64,000 bases of DNA from an uncultured Clostridia bacterium (GTDB lineage: Bacteria > Bacillota > Clostridia > Christensenellales > UBA1242), in NCBI GenBank assembly GCA_948442695.1, contig CAOJSF010000007.1, positions 3,861-67,860 of the forward strand, written 5' to 3'. Below are positions 18,989 to 27,177 of the stretch, one piece after another; the stretch's first letter is position 1; each line of letters starts with the position of its first letter. The translations under genes were made by a program, and so were the position numbers. The notes beneath the pieces are model-generated. The model was not told where the DNA came from. It was given only the letters and a program-made list of their open reading frames with translations, and did no database searches.

Positions 18989-19339
18989 CTAAAAAATCAA
19001 ATTTAGAAATGTTGTAAGGCTCGCATTTGTGTCAGACAATTCTCCCCATGCTCCTGGAATTTTCTTGAATATAGCAGGAATTGCAAGGTTGATAAAAAGC
19101 ACCAGCACCAAAAGACAGGCAACACCGATTAATGTATTTCTAAGTCTGAAAAGTGCACCCTTTCTTTTTTCCTCATTTTCACTCTTTGCAAGGTTGACAC
19201 CTAAAACGATTGCATAGACAGAACCAGCACCGCCAACCACAGCCAAAATTGCATATAAGATATTTGGCAATACCTCATAAACCTCATTCATCCATGCATA
19301 ATTACCTAGCCACACTGCTTTTAAAAGAAATTCAGGCAT
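18989..19339 (-). CDS. Small two-TM membrane protein, paralog A (VirB2/TrbC-pilin-like topology)
   Basis: 116 aa, SD AAAAGGAGAG. TM1 ILYAILAVVGGAGSVYAIVLGV; charged loop NLAKSENEEKRKGA; TM2 LIGVACLLVLVLFINLAIPAI. Alignable to the 19682..20098 product. Confidence 0.75.
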   Translation of the reverse strand: MPEFLLKAVWLGNYAWMNEVYEVLPNILYAILAVVGGAGSVYAIVLGVNLAKSENEEKRKGALFRLRNTLIGVACLLVLVLFINLAIPAIFKKIPGAWGELSDTNASLTTFLNLIF

Positions 19340-19643
19340 GAAACTCTCTCCTTTTTAGAGTATTTTAACACATTTTTATATTTTATGCAATTAAAATAAG
19401 AAAAATCTTTGACTTATCTAATTTTTTTTAGAATCTATGAAGGTGAGTAAAGCGCTATGTCGAAAATATAAAAAACGATATCAATATTTTGCCACATTTA
19501 AGCAATTTATGTTGAGGGTGGTTAATGAAAGAGAAATTGGTTAATGAAAAAGAAAAATGAAAATATCATAGAAAATGTTTAAAAAATAATAGGATTTGAG
19601 GAGGGGGGGGGTAAAAGCACGATGTTTTTAGTTGTTATGATGT

Positions 19644-19671
19644 AAAAAAATCACATCTGTTTAGATGTGAT
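19644..19671 (-). terminator. Intrinsic terminator after paralog B
   Basis: ATCACATCT-gttt-AGATGTGAT (9 bp). The A7 on the plus strand gives a U-tract on the minus strand, directly after the stop at 19682. Confidence 0.8.
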
Positions 19672-19681
19672 TTCTATCTAG

Positions 19682-20098
19682 TTACGCTTTTAAAAGTGAA
19701 AGAATAGGTTTAATTGCATGTATCATTCCCTGGTCAGGTTTGTTTTCTGGAACATCAAGAGCATCTGGATTAATAAAAGCAGAAATTAATGCTGGCAATG
19801 CAACGTTGAAGATTACGATTAATGCAAGAGTTACACCGATTGCAATGAACACAGTGATAAGGTGTTTTTTTGCGTCATCACGTTTGCCTTGATCTTCAGC
19901 ACGAGCAAGTTGAACGCCCAACCAAATTGCATAAATTGCACCGATTGCACCAACAATACCTAAAACTACCCAAAGAATAGTGCTTATGATACCAAATGTT
20001 TTTGATAAAAGTATACGAGTATTGTCATCTCCTTTGAAAAATTCATTAAAGTAGGCAGACCAACTAGATACTATTTTCTTAGCAAGTAAAAGATTCAT
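19682..20098 (-). CDS. Small two-TM membrane protein, paralog B (VirB2/TrbC-pilin-like topology)
   Basis: 138 aa, SD AAAGGAGGGAAAT. ILWVVLGIVGAIGAIYAIWLGVQLARAEDQGKRDDAKKHLITVFIAIGVTLALIVIFNVALPAL aligns with paralog A through a shared YAIxLGVxLA+xE-xxKR core. Confidence 0.75.
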   Translation of the reverse strand: MNLLLAKKIVSSWSAYFNEFFKGDDNTRILLSKTFGIISTILWVVLGIVGAIGAIYAIWLGVQLARAEDQGKRDDAKKHLITVFIAIGVTLALIVIFNVALPALISAFINPDALDVPENKPDQGMIHAIKPILSLLKA

Positions 20099-20407
20099 AT
20101 TTCCCTCCTTTTTATTTAAAAGCGTTTGCTTTTTAATTACAAACTCATAATAACATAAAATATAAAAAAAGTAAAACGATTTTAAGCAATTTTTTATTTT
20201 TTTTAATATTATACAATTTTTTATGTGTTTTTATTCAGTTTAAGAGATATTTTAAGTTTTAACAAATATAATTTTTTAATTTAAATTTATGAGATATTTG
20301 CTTTTTAAATTATTTTAAGTGAAATATCATAAATTTCTATTGAAATATTCTCATATTTAATTTTTTAAAGATAATAAAACTCTCATTTCACTTGCGTTAT
20401 TCCTCTT

Positions 20408-20440
20408 AAAAAAACAACTCATATTGCGAGTTGTTTTTAT
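20408..20440. terminator. Bidirectional intrinsic terminator
   Basis: AACAACTC-atattgc-GAGTTGTT flanked by A7 and T5, immediately downstream (minus sense) of the 61-aa peptide gene. Confidence 0.7.
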
Positions 20441-20485
20441 CGAGATTAAAGAGGCATAAAGATGCTTGCTTTAAATGGTAATATT

Positions 20486-20671
20486 TTAGAAGAAAAGATT
20501 GTTTTGACCTGGGCAGGTGTTTTGATGACAACATGAGTTGTTCCAGCCATTGTTTCCATTGCCCAGTGCAAGCAAGAGAAGAAGCAAAAAGTTTGTGTTT
20601 GTGTTGAGATTTGTGTCGGTTGCATTTGTGATGACTGACAAAAGCAGTGCAAATAATATTTGATTGTTCAT
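20486..20671 (-). CDS. 61-aa hydrophobic Cys/His-containing peptide
   Basis: Track ORF trimmed to the ATG at 20671, 6 nt after the AGGAGG SD. Product: MNNQILFALLLSVITNATDTNLNTNTNFLLLLLLALGNGNNGWNNSCCHQNTCPGQNNLFF. Has its own terminator. Divergent from the ArsR gene. Confidence 0.55.
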   Translation of the reverse strand: MNNQILFALLLSVITNATDTNLNTNTNFLLLLLLALGNGNNGWNNSCCHQNTCPGQNNLFF

Positions 20672-20830
20672 AAATCCTCCTATTTTACAAAATATTATAT
20701 TCTTCGACAAAATAATTGTAATAATTATTTTGCTTCTTCTTTGGATTTTTGTCACAATATATATGACTATATTAATCGAAGGGGAATTTCGATTTTCCTT
20801 AATATTTATGAAAATTTTGGAGGTTGTGTG

Positions 20831-21181
20831 ATGGAAAGAGATGAAAAAATGGAAAAGTTTTTATTGCTTACAGAAAGAAATAGGCGAGAAATTCTTTCTG
20901 CTTTGCCACAGGAGAGGGAGATAAACAAACTTGCTGACTATTTTCAAAATTTTTCTGACCAGACACGAATCAAAATTTTGACATGTCTTTCTATGATGAA
21001 TATGTGCGTCAATGACCTTTCCACAGTGCTAGGGATAAATCAGACTACAATTTCACACCAACTTAAACAACTCAAAGATCAAAATTTGGTGTCTTATAGA
21101 AGAGATGGAAAGATACTTGTTTATTATTTACTTGACAGCAGTGTCAATGATATGATGATGTATGCAATAAACACCTTTTAA
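20831..21181 (+). CDS. ArsR/SmtB-family transcriptional regulator
   Basis: Start trimmed to the ATG at 20831 (SD GGAGG). ADYFQNFSDQTRIKILTCLSMMNMCVNDLSTVLGINQTTISHQLKQLKDQNLVSYRRDGKILVYYL is a typical ArsR wHTH. Only one Cys in the alpha3 position (CVN rather than CVC). Confidence 0.85.
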   Translation: MERDEKMEKFLLLTERNRREILSALPQEREINKLADYFQNFSDQTRIKILTCLSMMNMCVNDLSTVLGINQTTISHQLKQLKDQNLVSYRRDGKILVYYLLDSSVNDMMMYAINTF

Positions 21182-21250
21182 AATTTTCATTTTTCTTTAT
21201 TATTGTTGACTTTTTTAAGATAAAATGTTATAAAAACTTAAGGAGAAAAA

Positions 21251-21715
21251 ATGAAGAGAGTAATTTTATCATTGAATGAAATGTCTTTTGATTTGCCAAA
21301 TGGTTGGAGCATAACAAAAGATAAATACAAATTGTCAAATGGACAGGGATTTATAAACAAAGAAAACTATCTTTCAGAAAGCGGTCGAGTGATTTCTTTC
21401 TTTGAAATTCATCGTGACCCAGAAGAATTTTTTGAATATTATCAAAAACTTTTAAACGATTATACTCATGTCACAGATGATTTTTCAAAGGAAAGGCAAC
21501 TTACATTGCAATTTAATGATTTTGAATTTCCTGCATATATCATCAAAGGTATAAATGATAAAGTAATTTATACTTTGCAAGTTTTTGTTGATTGCGGTGA
21601 TTGTCTCGGATGTTTTATGGTTATGATTGAAAACTTTTCGGCAAGTTTTAAAGATATGATTAAAAATGATGAGGGCGTGAAAGCAATCACACAGATATTA
21701 AGGACGATAGAATAA
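21251..21715 (+). CDS. Hypothetical protein (154 aa)
   Basis: SD AAGGAGAAAAA. Stop overlaps the queH start (ATAATG). No motif recognised. Confidence 0.6.
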   Translation: MKRVILSLNEMSFDLPNGWSITKDKYKLSNGQGFINKENYLSESGRVISFFEIHRDPEEFFEYYQKLLNDYTHVTDDFSKERQLTLQFNDFEFPAYIIKGINDKVIYTLQVFVDCGDCLGCFMVMIENFSASFKDMIKNDEGVKAITQILRTIE

Positions 21716-22251
21716 TGAAAAAAATGCTTTTGCATAGTTGCTGTGCGCCTTGTAGCACAGCGGTAATTGATGTGCTTAAAGATGACTATCAACTCACAAT
21801 TTTTTATTATAATCCAAACATAGACACTGATGAAGAATACAGGCATAGATTAGAAGAACAAAAGAGATATTGTCATATGCTGGGAATTGAAGTGATAGAA
21901 GAGGGACATAATAGTGAAGATTTTTTAAGCAAGGTTGTCGGGCTTGAAGACCAGCCAGAGGGCGGGGCGAGATGTCCGGTATGTTTTAAACTTAGACTTG
22001 CCAGGACTGCACAGAGGGCTAAAAAAGACGGCTTTGACTGTTTCGGCACAACACTTTCTGTCTCTCCACATAAAAACGCAGATGAGCTAAATGCAGTTGG
22101 AAAAGCGGTTGAGAAAGAGGAAGAAATTGAATTTATTGAGGGAAACTATAAAAAGAAAGATGGCTATAAAAAAAGCATAATTCTTTCAAAGGAATTTGGT
22201 CTATATAGACAAAATTATTGCGGATGTAAGTTTTCAAAAGAAGGGAGATAG
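21715..22251 (+). CDS. queH: Epoxyqueuosine reductase QueH (DUF208)
   Basis: 178 aa. LLHSCCAPCS at the N-terminus, FYNPNI, ARCPVCFKLRL and QNYCGC are the conserved Cys motifs of QueH. Confidence 0.85.
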   Translation: MKKMLLHSCCAPCSTAVIDVLKDDYQLTIFYYNPNIDTDEEYRHRLEEQKRYCHMLGIEVIEEGHNSEDFLSKVVGLEDQPEGGARCPVCFKLRLARTAQRAKKDGFDCFGTTLSVSPHKNADELNAVGKAVEKEEEIEFIEGNYKKKDGYKKSIILSKEFGLYRQNYCGCKFSKEGR

Positions 22252-22253
22252 AT

Positions 22254-23135
22254 TTGTATAGGGATTTGAGTTACAAATATTTCAAAGATGAAAAGAAAGA
22301 GAAATTATCAAATAAATTGTTCTATAAATTTTTGATAGTCTTATTTGTCTTTTATTTTTTTGTCATCATTTGCATTCAAACATTTTTTACAAACTATACA
22401 TATATTACAATTTTAGGGCAAAGTATGCAACCACTCCTCAACAAAAATCCTGTCTATATAGATTTTCAGGATTATGACACAAAGCAATATGTATGCGATG
22501 GCGTTTATGTGAAATTGACTCATGATGTAGATTATGGTGATGTTATCATTATTGACAACAGAAATGCGACGAGAAGAGATACAGTTATTAAAAGAACAAT
22601 GGGGTTGGGCGGAGATTATGTTTCCATTGTCAAGGTTGAATCAGAATGGCAATGGACGGGAGAATATCGTTTTATGCGAGTAAAGAAAAATTCTCCTACA
22701 GTTGAAATCTTAGAAGAAGACTATATTCTCGATTATGATGAATGGAGTGAAGACCCAGAAATAGAAGTTGATAATGGTGAATATAGCGTTTATTATGATA
22801 ATGACTTTTTCAAGACCTGTCATGCAACAGGAATGGAGCGAAAGACTTTTAAAGTAAGTTTAAATGGTGGGAAAAGTATGTCAGATGTGACATTTTTTAA
22901 AGTCCCAGAAAATCATGTGTTTTATATGGGTGACAACAGGGCACATTCAAATGATTCAAGACATATGCCGGGGACAATGCCTTTAGAAAAAGTAGTGGGA
23001 AAAGTTGTTGAAATTGTGCCAAAAGGCACACCATATCCAGGTAATAAAGCATGGTGGCTAAACAGGGCGGTTGGCTTTATAAATGTTTTGTGGAAGGAAA
23101 CTTTGAGATTCTTTGGTGCTAATGTAGGACTATAA
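22254..23135 (+). CDS. Signal peptidase I (S26 family), unusually long
   Basis: TTG start. N-terminal TM; catalytic-Ser box ILGQSMQPLL; VIKRTMGLGGDYV; GDNRAHSNDSR box. Roughly 100-aa insertion between boxes. Confidence 0.75.
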   Translation: MYRDLSYKYFKDEKKEKLSNKLFYKFLIVLFVFYFFVIICIQTFFTNYTYITILGQSMQPLLNKNPVYIDFQDYDTKQYVCDGVYVKLTHDVDYGDVIIIDNRNATRRDTVIKRTMGLGGDYVSIVKVESEWQWTGEYRFMRVKKNSPTVEILEEDYILDYDEWSEDPEIEVDNGEYSVYYDNDFFKTCHATGMERKTFKVSLNGGKSMSDVTFFKVPENHVFYMGDNRAHSNDSRHMPGTMPLEKVVGKVVEIVPKGTPYPGNKAWWLNRAVGFINVLWKETLRFFGANVGL

Positions 23136-23228
23136 AAAATTTTATTTACATCAAAAAACGCTTGAAAATCTATTTATATTATGTTATAATAATTACGATG
23201 GTTATATACCAAAAAAGGAGATTAATAG

Positions 23229-23507
23229 ATGAACAAACAACAATTTATTAAAGCGTTCGCTGAAAAGGCTCAGTTTACACAAAAAGATGCAGGGCTTGCT
23301 TTTGAAGCAATGGCAGAGACTATTGCAGAGACTCTTAAGAATGGTGAAAAAATCCAAATTGCAGGTTTTGGCACTTTTTCAATGAAAACTAAGTCAGCAA
23401 AAGAGGGTATCAATGCTCTTACAGGAAAACCAGTTTCAATTCCTGAAAGAGATGTGCCAGTATTTAAATTTGGTGATAGTTTTAAAGAAACTGTTTCAAA
23501 AAATTAA
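23229..23507 (+). CDS. hup: DNA-binding protein HU
   Basis: 92 aa. MNKQQFIKAFAEKA...GEKIQIAGFGTFSMKTKSAKEGINALTGKPVSIPERDVPVFKFG is a canonical HU/IHF fold sequence. Confidence 0.9.
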   Translation: MNKQQFIKAFAEKAQFTQKDAGLAFEAMAETIAETLKNGEKIQIAGFGTFSMKTKSAKEGINALTGKPVSIPERDVPVFKFGDSFKETVSKN

Positions 23508-23516
23508 TCAAAAAGT

Positions 23517-23543
23517 TGTGGACAATCTGTCCACGATTTTTTT
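23517..23543 (+). terminator. Intrinsic terminator of hup
   Basis: GTGGACA-atc-TGTCCAC followed by T7. Confidence 0.8.
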
Positions 23544-23546
23544 ATT

Positions 23547-23598
23547 AAAGATAAAAAATAAAGATAAAAAATAAAGATAAAAAATAAAGATAAAAAAT
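23547..23598. repeat. Four tandem copies of the 13-bp unit AAAGATAAAAAAT
   Basis: Perfect copies at 23547, 23560, 23573 and 23586. Confidence 0.9.
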
Positions 23599-23628
23599 AA
23601 TTTTTAAGCAAAAGAAAAGAGGAAATAT

Positions 23629-23657
23629 GAAAAAAACATATCATTTGATATGTTTTT
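23629..23657 (-). terminator. Intrinsic terminator of the rubrerythrin gene (bidirectional shape)
   Basis: AACATAT-catttg-ATATGTT flanked by A7 and T5. Confidence 0.6.
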
Positions 23658-23684
23658 ATTTAAAAAATTTGTCAAAACTGAATT

Positions 23685-24272
23685 TTATTCCTCATTGATA
23701 GAAATTTCAACATAGCCTTGAGGGTAAGAACATAGCGGACAATTTTGCCATGCAGTTTTACGACTTTCACTATATCCACAATTTGAGCAAACCCAGTCAA
23801 AACTTTTTTCGCTTTTATAAAGTTTTTCATTATCAAACTCATCGGCAAGAAACTTGAGTATCTTTGCGTCTGCGAGATTTACCTTTGAGATGTTTAAAAA
23901 GGCCTCTTCAACTGCAAAAAAACCTTCATCATGTGCAATCTTTGCAAAATGTGGAAAGATGTTTTTTCCTTCATTTTCTTCAATTTCGCTTGAAATTAAG
24001 AGACTTGTATCAAGAATTTGTTGTTCAAAAGGATAACCCGCTTCTATATTTATATTATCCTTTTCTTCTTCAATATTGTCAAGCATAAGTTGATATAAAA
24101 CTGAGGCGTGTGCCATTTTATGTTTGGCGATAGTTTTGAGTTTGTCACTTATTGCATTAAAACCCTCACTGACAGCGGTTTTTGAAATAAATTGATATCT
24201 CGCTCCGTCTTGACAGATGCCAGCAAATGCTCTTGCCAAATATTCTTTTGTCTTACTCTGATTAAAATCCAT
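23685..24272 (-). CDS. Rubrerythrin-family protein (ferritin-like di-iron domain + C-terminal rubredoxin-like CxxC...CxxC)
   Basis: 195 aa. N-terminal TKEYLARAFAGICQDGARY, then KMAHASVLY, then C-terminal CSNCGY...CPLCSYP. SD AGGAGGAG. Confidence 0.8.
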   Translation of the reverse strand: MDFNQSKTKEYLARAFAGICQDGARYQFISKTAVSEGFNAISDKLKTIAKHKMAHASVLYQLMLDNIEEEKDNINIEAGYPFEQQILDTSLLISSEIEENEGKNIFPHFAKIAHDEGFFAVEEAFLNISKVNLADAKILKFLADEFDNEKLYKSEKSFDWVCSNCGYSESRKTAWQNCPLCSYPQGYVEISINEE

Positions 24273-24438
24273 AACTCCTCCTGGTGAAAAAATAGTTTAT
24301 AAATTATTTTGGCTTTTCAATAAAAAAATATTCAAATAAAAGATTTTATTTTGTTTGCTTTTTTTTGCTAAAGATAGTAAAATAATTGTAAACATAAAAT
24401 AATTGTAAGAATGTTTTGTTGTTTTAGGGGGCGTAAAT

Positions 24439-25173
24439 ATGGATAAAAAACTTTCACAACATAATAGCCAAAGTTATCACTATGAATTTGTTGGTTTTAC
24501 CGATTTTAAAAAGGTTTTGAATGACCTTAATAAACATCTTCCTTATTATAGATTTGAAAAAATTGCCAAAAGACATTCGCAAGAAATTTTTTATGATATA
24601 AAAAGTCATTTGCTTGCCGATGCAGGAATAGCGATTTCTAAATGGACAGAGGACGGGGAATCTTCATTAAATATCAGAAAAATATATAGCGTGAAAGAAC
24701 TTAATAAACCCAGCGAAAAGTTTTTGTTTGGAATGTGCAGTTATGATGAACAGCCAAAAGATTATTCCTATCAAATGGCAAGTATGATAGAAAGTTCTTT
24801 CAAAATGCCATTTTCAACTGACACAGAAAGTATAATAAAACAGACAGCGCCTATCATTGAAGTTGTGATTGTTTCTGACAAATATCAAATTATTTGTGGG
24901 ACTGGATATCGTGCAATTATGCAGTATGAGACTGTTGTTTATAAAGATTTGAAAACAGGGAAAAAAGAAGAGCGGGTGGGAATGACTTTCAAGTTTCCTA
25001 TTGACGAACGTCCAGAAAAAAATGAAATATTATCAACTATAGAGAGAAAAATAAAAGGACTTGTTTTAAATAATATTTCTCGATTTGAAATTGCTAAAAA
25101 ATTACTCTTTGCTCAGCCTGTTGAAAATGTCGTAAGAGAAACAACTGAAGTTGAAGAGCCAGATAATAAATAA
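24439..25173 (+). CDS. Hypothetical protein, possibly CYTH-like
   Basis: 244 aa. Weak resemblance to CYTH domains (YEFVGF start, QEIFYD, LNIRK, C-terminal SRFEIAKKLL). Low-confidence functional call. Confidence 0.35.
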   Translation: MDKKLSQHNSQSYHYEFVGFTDFKKVLNDLNKHLPYYRFEKIAKRHSQEIFYDIKSHLLADAGIAISKWTEDGESSLNIRKIYSVKELNKPSEKFLFGMCSYDEQPKDYSYQMASMIESSFKMPFSTDTESIIKQTAPIIEVVIVSDKYQIICGTGYRAIMQYETVVYKDLKTGKKEERVGMTFKFPIDERPEKNEILSTIERKIKGLVLNNISRFEIAKKLLFAQPVENVVRETTEVEEPDNK

Positions 25174-25182
25174 AATTTAAAA

Positions 25183-25209
25183 GTATATCAATTTGATATG
25201 CTTTTTTTT
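25183..25209 (+). terminator. Intrinsic terminator
   Basis: GTATATCA-att-TGATATGC (one G.U) followed by T8. The T-run runs into the first 42-bp repeat unit. Confidence 0.7.
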
Positions 25210-25458
25210 AGAAACGAGAGGAATAACACGAATGAAATGGGTGTTTTCTTTAGAAACGAGAGGAATAACACGAATGAAATGAGTGTTTTATTTAGAAACG
25301 AGAGGAATAACACGAATGAAATGAGTGTTTTCTTTAGAAACGAGAGGAATAACACGAATGAAATGAGTGTTTTCTTTAGAAACGAGAGGAATAACACGAA
25401 TGAAATGAGTGTTTTCTTTAGAAACGCAAGAATAACACGAATGAAATGAGTGTTTTCT
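25207..25458 (+). repeat. Tandem array A: six copies of a 42-bp unit
   Basis: Unit TTTAGAAACGAGAGGAATAACACGAATGAAATGAGTGTTTTC, head to tail with no spacers. Each unit has an AACAC-N11-GTGTT hairpin plus a T-rich tail. The last unit is 41 nt (GCAAG variant). Confidence 0.95.
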
Positions 25459-25672
25459 TATAAATTATAAAAAAGAGTGTTTTAAGGTGATTTTGTTTAT
25501 GTATTAAAAATATTTGTTGCAATAAAGATTAAACAAATCAAGTTATCAATATTTTTTAAATCATCTAAAATTTTAAGTCTTTTTTATAAAATCATTCTCT
25601 TTATGATTTGTATATTCTAAAATCTGGGCTTGTCACATAATTTTAATATATAAAAGGCTTGTCTTTTTAAAT

Positions 25673-27139
25673 ATGATTAAGGAGAATGACTGTAAAAGTC
25701 AAAAAAGTAATTTGGTCAAAAAAAATCTTAAAACTTCAACTAAATTTTTTTATGGAATAGGTGGACTGGGTTATAGTTCTATGTCACAGACCCTTAATAG
25801 TTTCATTATGTTCTTTGCTACAGCAGTTATGGGGATTTCTGGTTCTTTGGTTGGTATTGCAATTGCTATTTCATCACTTTGGGATGGGGTCAGTGATCCA
25901 TTGATAGGTCATCTTTCTGATAATACTAAAAATAAATTTTTTGGCAAAAGACTGGGTTTTATGTTTTTTGGTATTTTTGCCATTGCATTAATAAACATCT
26001 GCATTTGGTCGATGCCTGCTTCCTTGCCTGAGATGGGAAAGTTCTTTTGGCTTTTGATCGGTATGCTTGCAATAGAGAGTGCAAACACCTGTTTTGGGAC
26101 TCCATATTCTGCTCTTGCCATAGATATTGCCCCTGACTACAATGAGCAATCAAAAATTCAAGGTTTTAAAACAGTTTTTAATATTATCGGAATGATTTTG
26201 CCAAATATTTTGATGTATTTTTTCATGTCTTCAATTTCACTTAGTATTCAAACGGGTTTTACTCAACAAGGATATATAAAAATTGCTTACATTAATTCAT
26301 TTTTGCTTATTAGTTTGGGGCTTATTACAATATTGTCTACACTGAGACATGTAAGAAAAAACCAAATATATAATATAAATGTGCCTAAAGAAAAGTTTGA
26401 ATTTGCAAAACTAATGACTGGTTATTTCAGTGTTTTAAAGAAAAAGGATTTTAGGGCGGTGATTTTAGGTTATTCCTTTGCCACTATTGCATCTTGCTTT
26501 TTGACTTCTGTTGGAATGCATCTTTTCACATATTGTTATCATTTTTCAAGCACTCAAATTTCTTTTGTTTTGATTTCACTGTTTGGTGGAGCGATAGCCT
26601 CTCAGCCTTTATGGGTATATTTGTCAAAAAGAATGGAGAAAAAGAGAGCACTTATAATCTCTTTGTCGACAATAGTGTTTGGAATATTTATGACTGTTGT
26701 TACTTTTTTGTTTAGAGATTATATTCCAAACGAAGCAATGTTTTATATCGCAATTATTTGTCTGATTTTTTGCGGAATAGGTGCTGGTGCAATGTATTCG
26801 ATACCTTTTTCAATGTATGCCGATGTTGTCACTTTAGAGCAGTTTAAAACTGGACAAAACAGCGCAGGGGCATATACTGGTTATTTCACATTTACCTATA
26901 ATCTTGCAAATTCTATTGCTCTTCTTATTGTGGGATTTTTGCTTGATTTAATTAAATTTGATTCCACTCAGCCTGTTCAAGCAATGTCTGTGCAAAGTGG
27001 ACTGGGAATGATTGTATTCTTTGGTTGCACAATCTTCTTTGCTTTGGCAATCATGGTTTTTTCAAAATTTTCTGTCAAAAGAGCGGATGTTTTAAAAATT
27101 CAAATGAAAGAAATGAAAAAAACTAAAAATAATGATTAA
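25673..27139 (+). CDS. MFS transporter, glycoside-pentoside-hexuronide (GPH) cation symporter-like
   Basis: 488 aa, about 12 TM. WDGVSDPLIGHLSDNTKNKFFGKR matches the GPH/MelB-type D-x-x-x-G-x-x-S-D...GRR loop motif. Confidence 0.75.
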   Translation: MIKENDCKSQKSNLVKKNLKTSTKFFYGIGGLGYSSMSQTLNSFIMFFATAVMGISGSLVGIAIAISSLWDGVSDPLIGHLSDNTKNKFFGKRLGFMFFGIFAIALINICIWSMPASLPEMGKFFWLLIGMLAIESANTCFGTPYSALAIDIAPDYNEQSKIQGFKTVFNIIGMILPNILMYFFMSSISLSIQTGFTQQGYIKIAYINSFLLISLGLITILSTLRHVRKNQIYNINVPKEKFEFAKLMTGYFSVLKKKDFRAVILGYSFATIASCFLTSVGMHLFTYCYHFSSTQISFVLISLFGGAIASQPLWVYLSKRMEKKRALIISLSTIVFGIFMTVVTFLFRDYIPNEAMFYIAIICLIFCGIGAGAMYSIPFSMYADVVTLEQFKTGQNSAGAYTGYFTFTYNLANSIALLIVGFLLDLIKFDSTQPVQAMSVQSGLGMIVFFGCTIFFALAIMVFSKFSVKRADVLKIQMKEMKKTKNND

Positions 27140-27177
27140 TAAATTTAAAACTGCTAATTCTAACAAGAGAGGTAGTT

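Noticed and set aside
18989-20098. Interpreting the pilin-like genes as evidence of an integrated conjugative element or prophage.
   Set aside because: No relaxase, coupling protein, VirB4-like ATPase, integrase, capsid or terminase gene appears anywhere in the 64 kb, and the flanks are housekeeping and NAD genes. Kept as an orphan-pair finding instead.
20446-20755. Alternative readings of the small-peptide locus: the 68-aa ORF 20446..20652 and the 28-codon upstream extension of ORF 20486..20755.
   Set aside because: Only the ATG at 20671 is preceded by a properly spaced AGGAGG. The extension would run through the ArsR promoter region. The other frame lacks an SD.
23547-23598. The 13-bp AAAGATAAAAAAT x4 repeat as a regulatory iteron.
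   Set aside because: Pure A/T-rich microsatellite between two terminators with no adjacent promoter. Recorded as a repeat feature only.
25188-25449. ORFs of 69 and 83 aa in the track spanning array A on both strands (repetitive NERNNTNEMSVFF / LFLSFLKKTLISFV peptides).
   Set aside because: They exist only because a 42-bp (14-codon) unit without stops is repeated. They have no SD, both strands are open, and the related array B has 41- and 42-nt units that break any frame.
25207-25458. Possible CRISPR array (also 48239..48445).
   Set aside because: The units are directly adjacent with no unique spacers, no cas genes are nearby, and the unit (42 bp) simply repeats head to tail.
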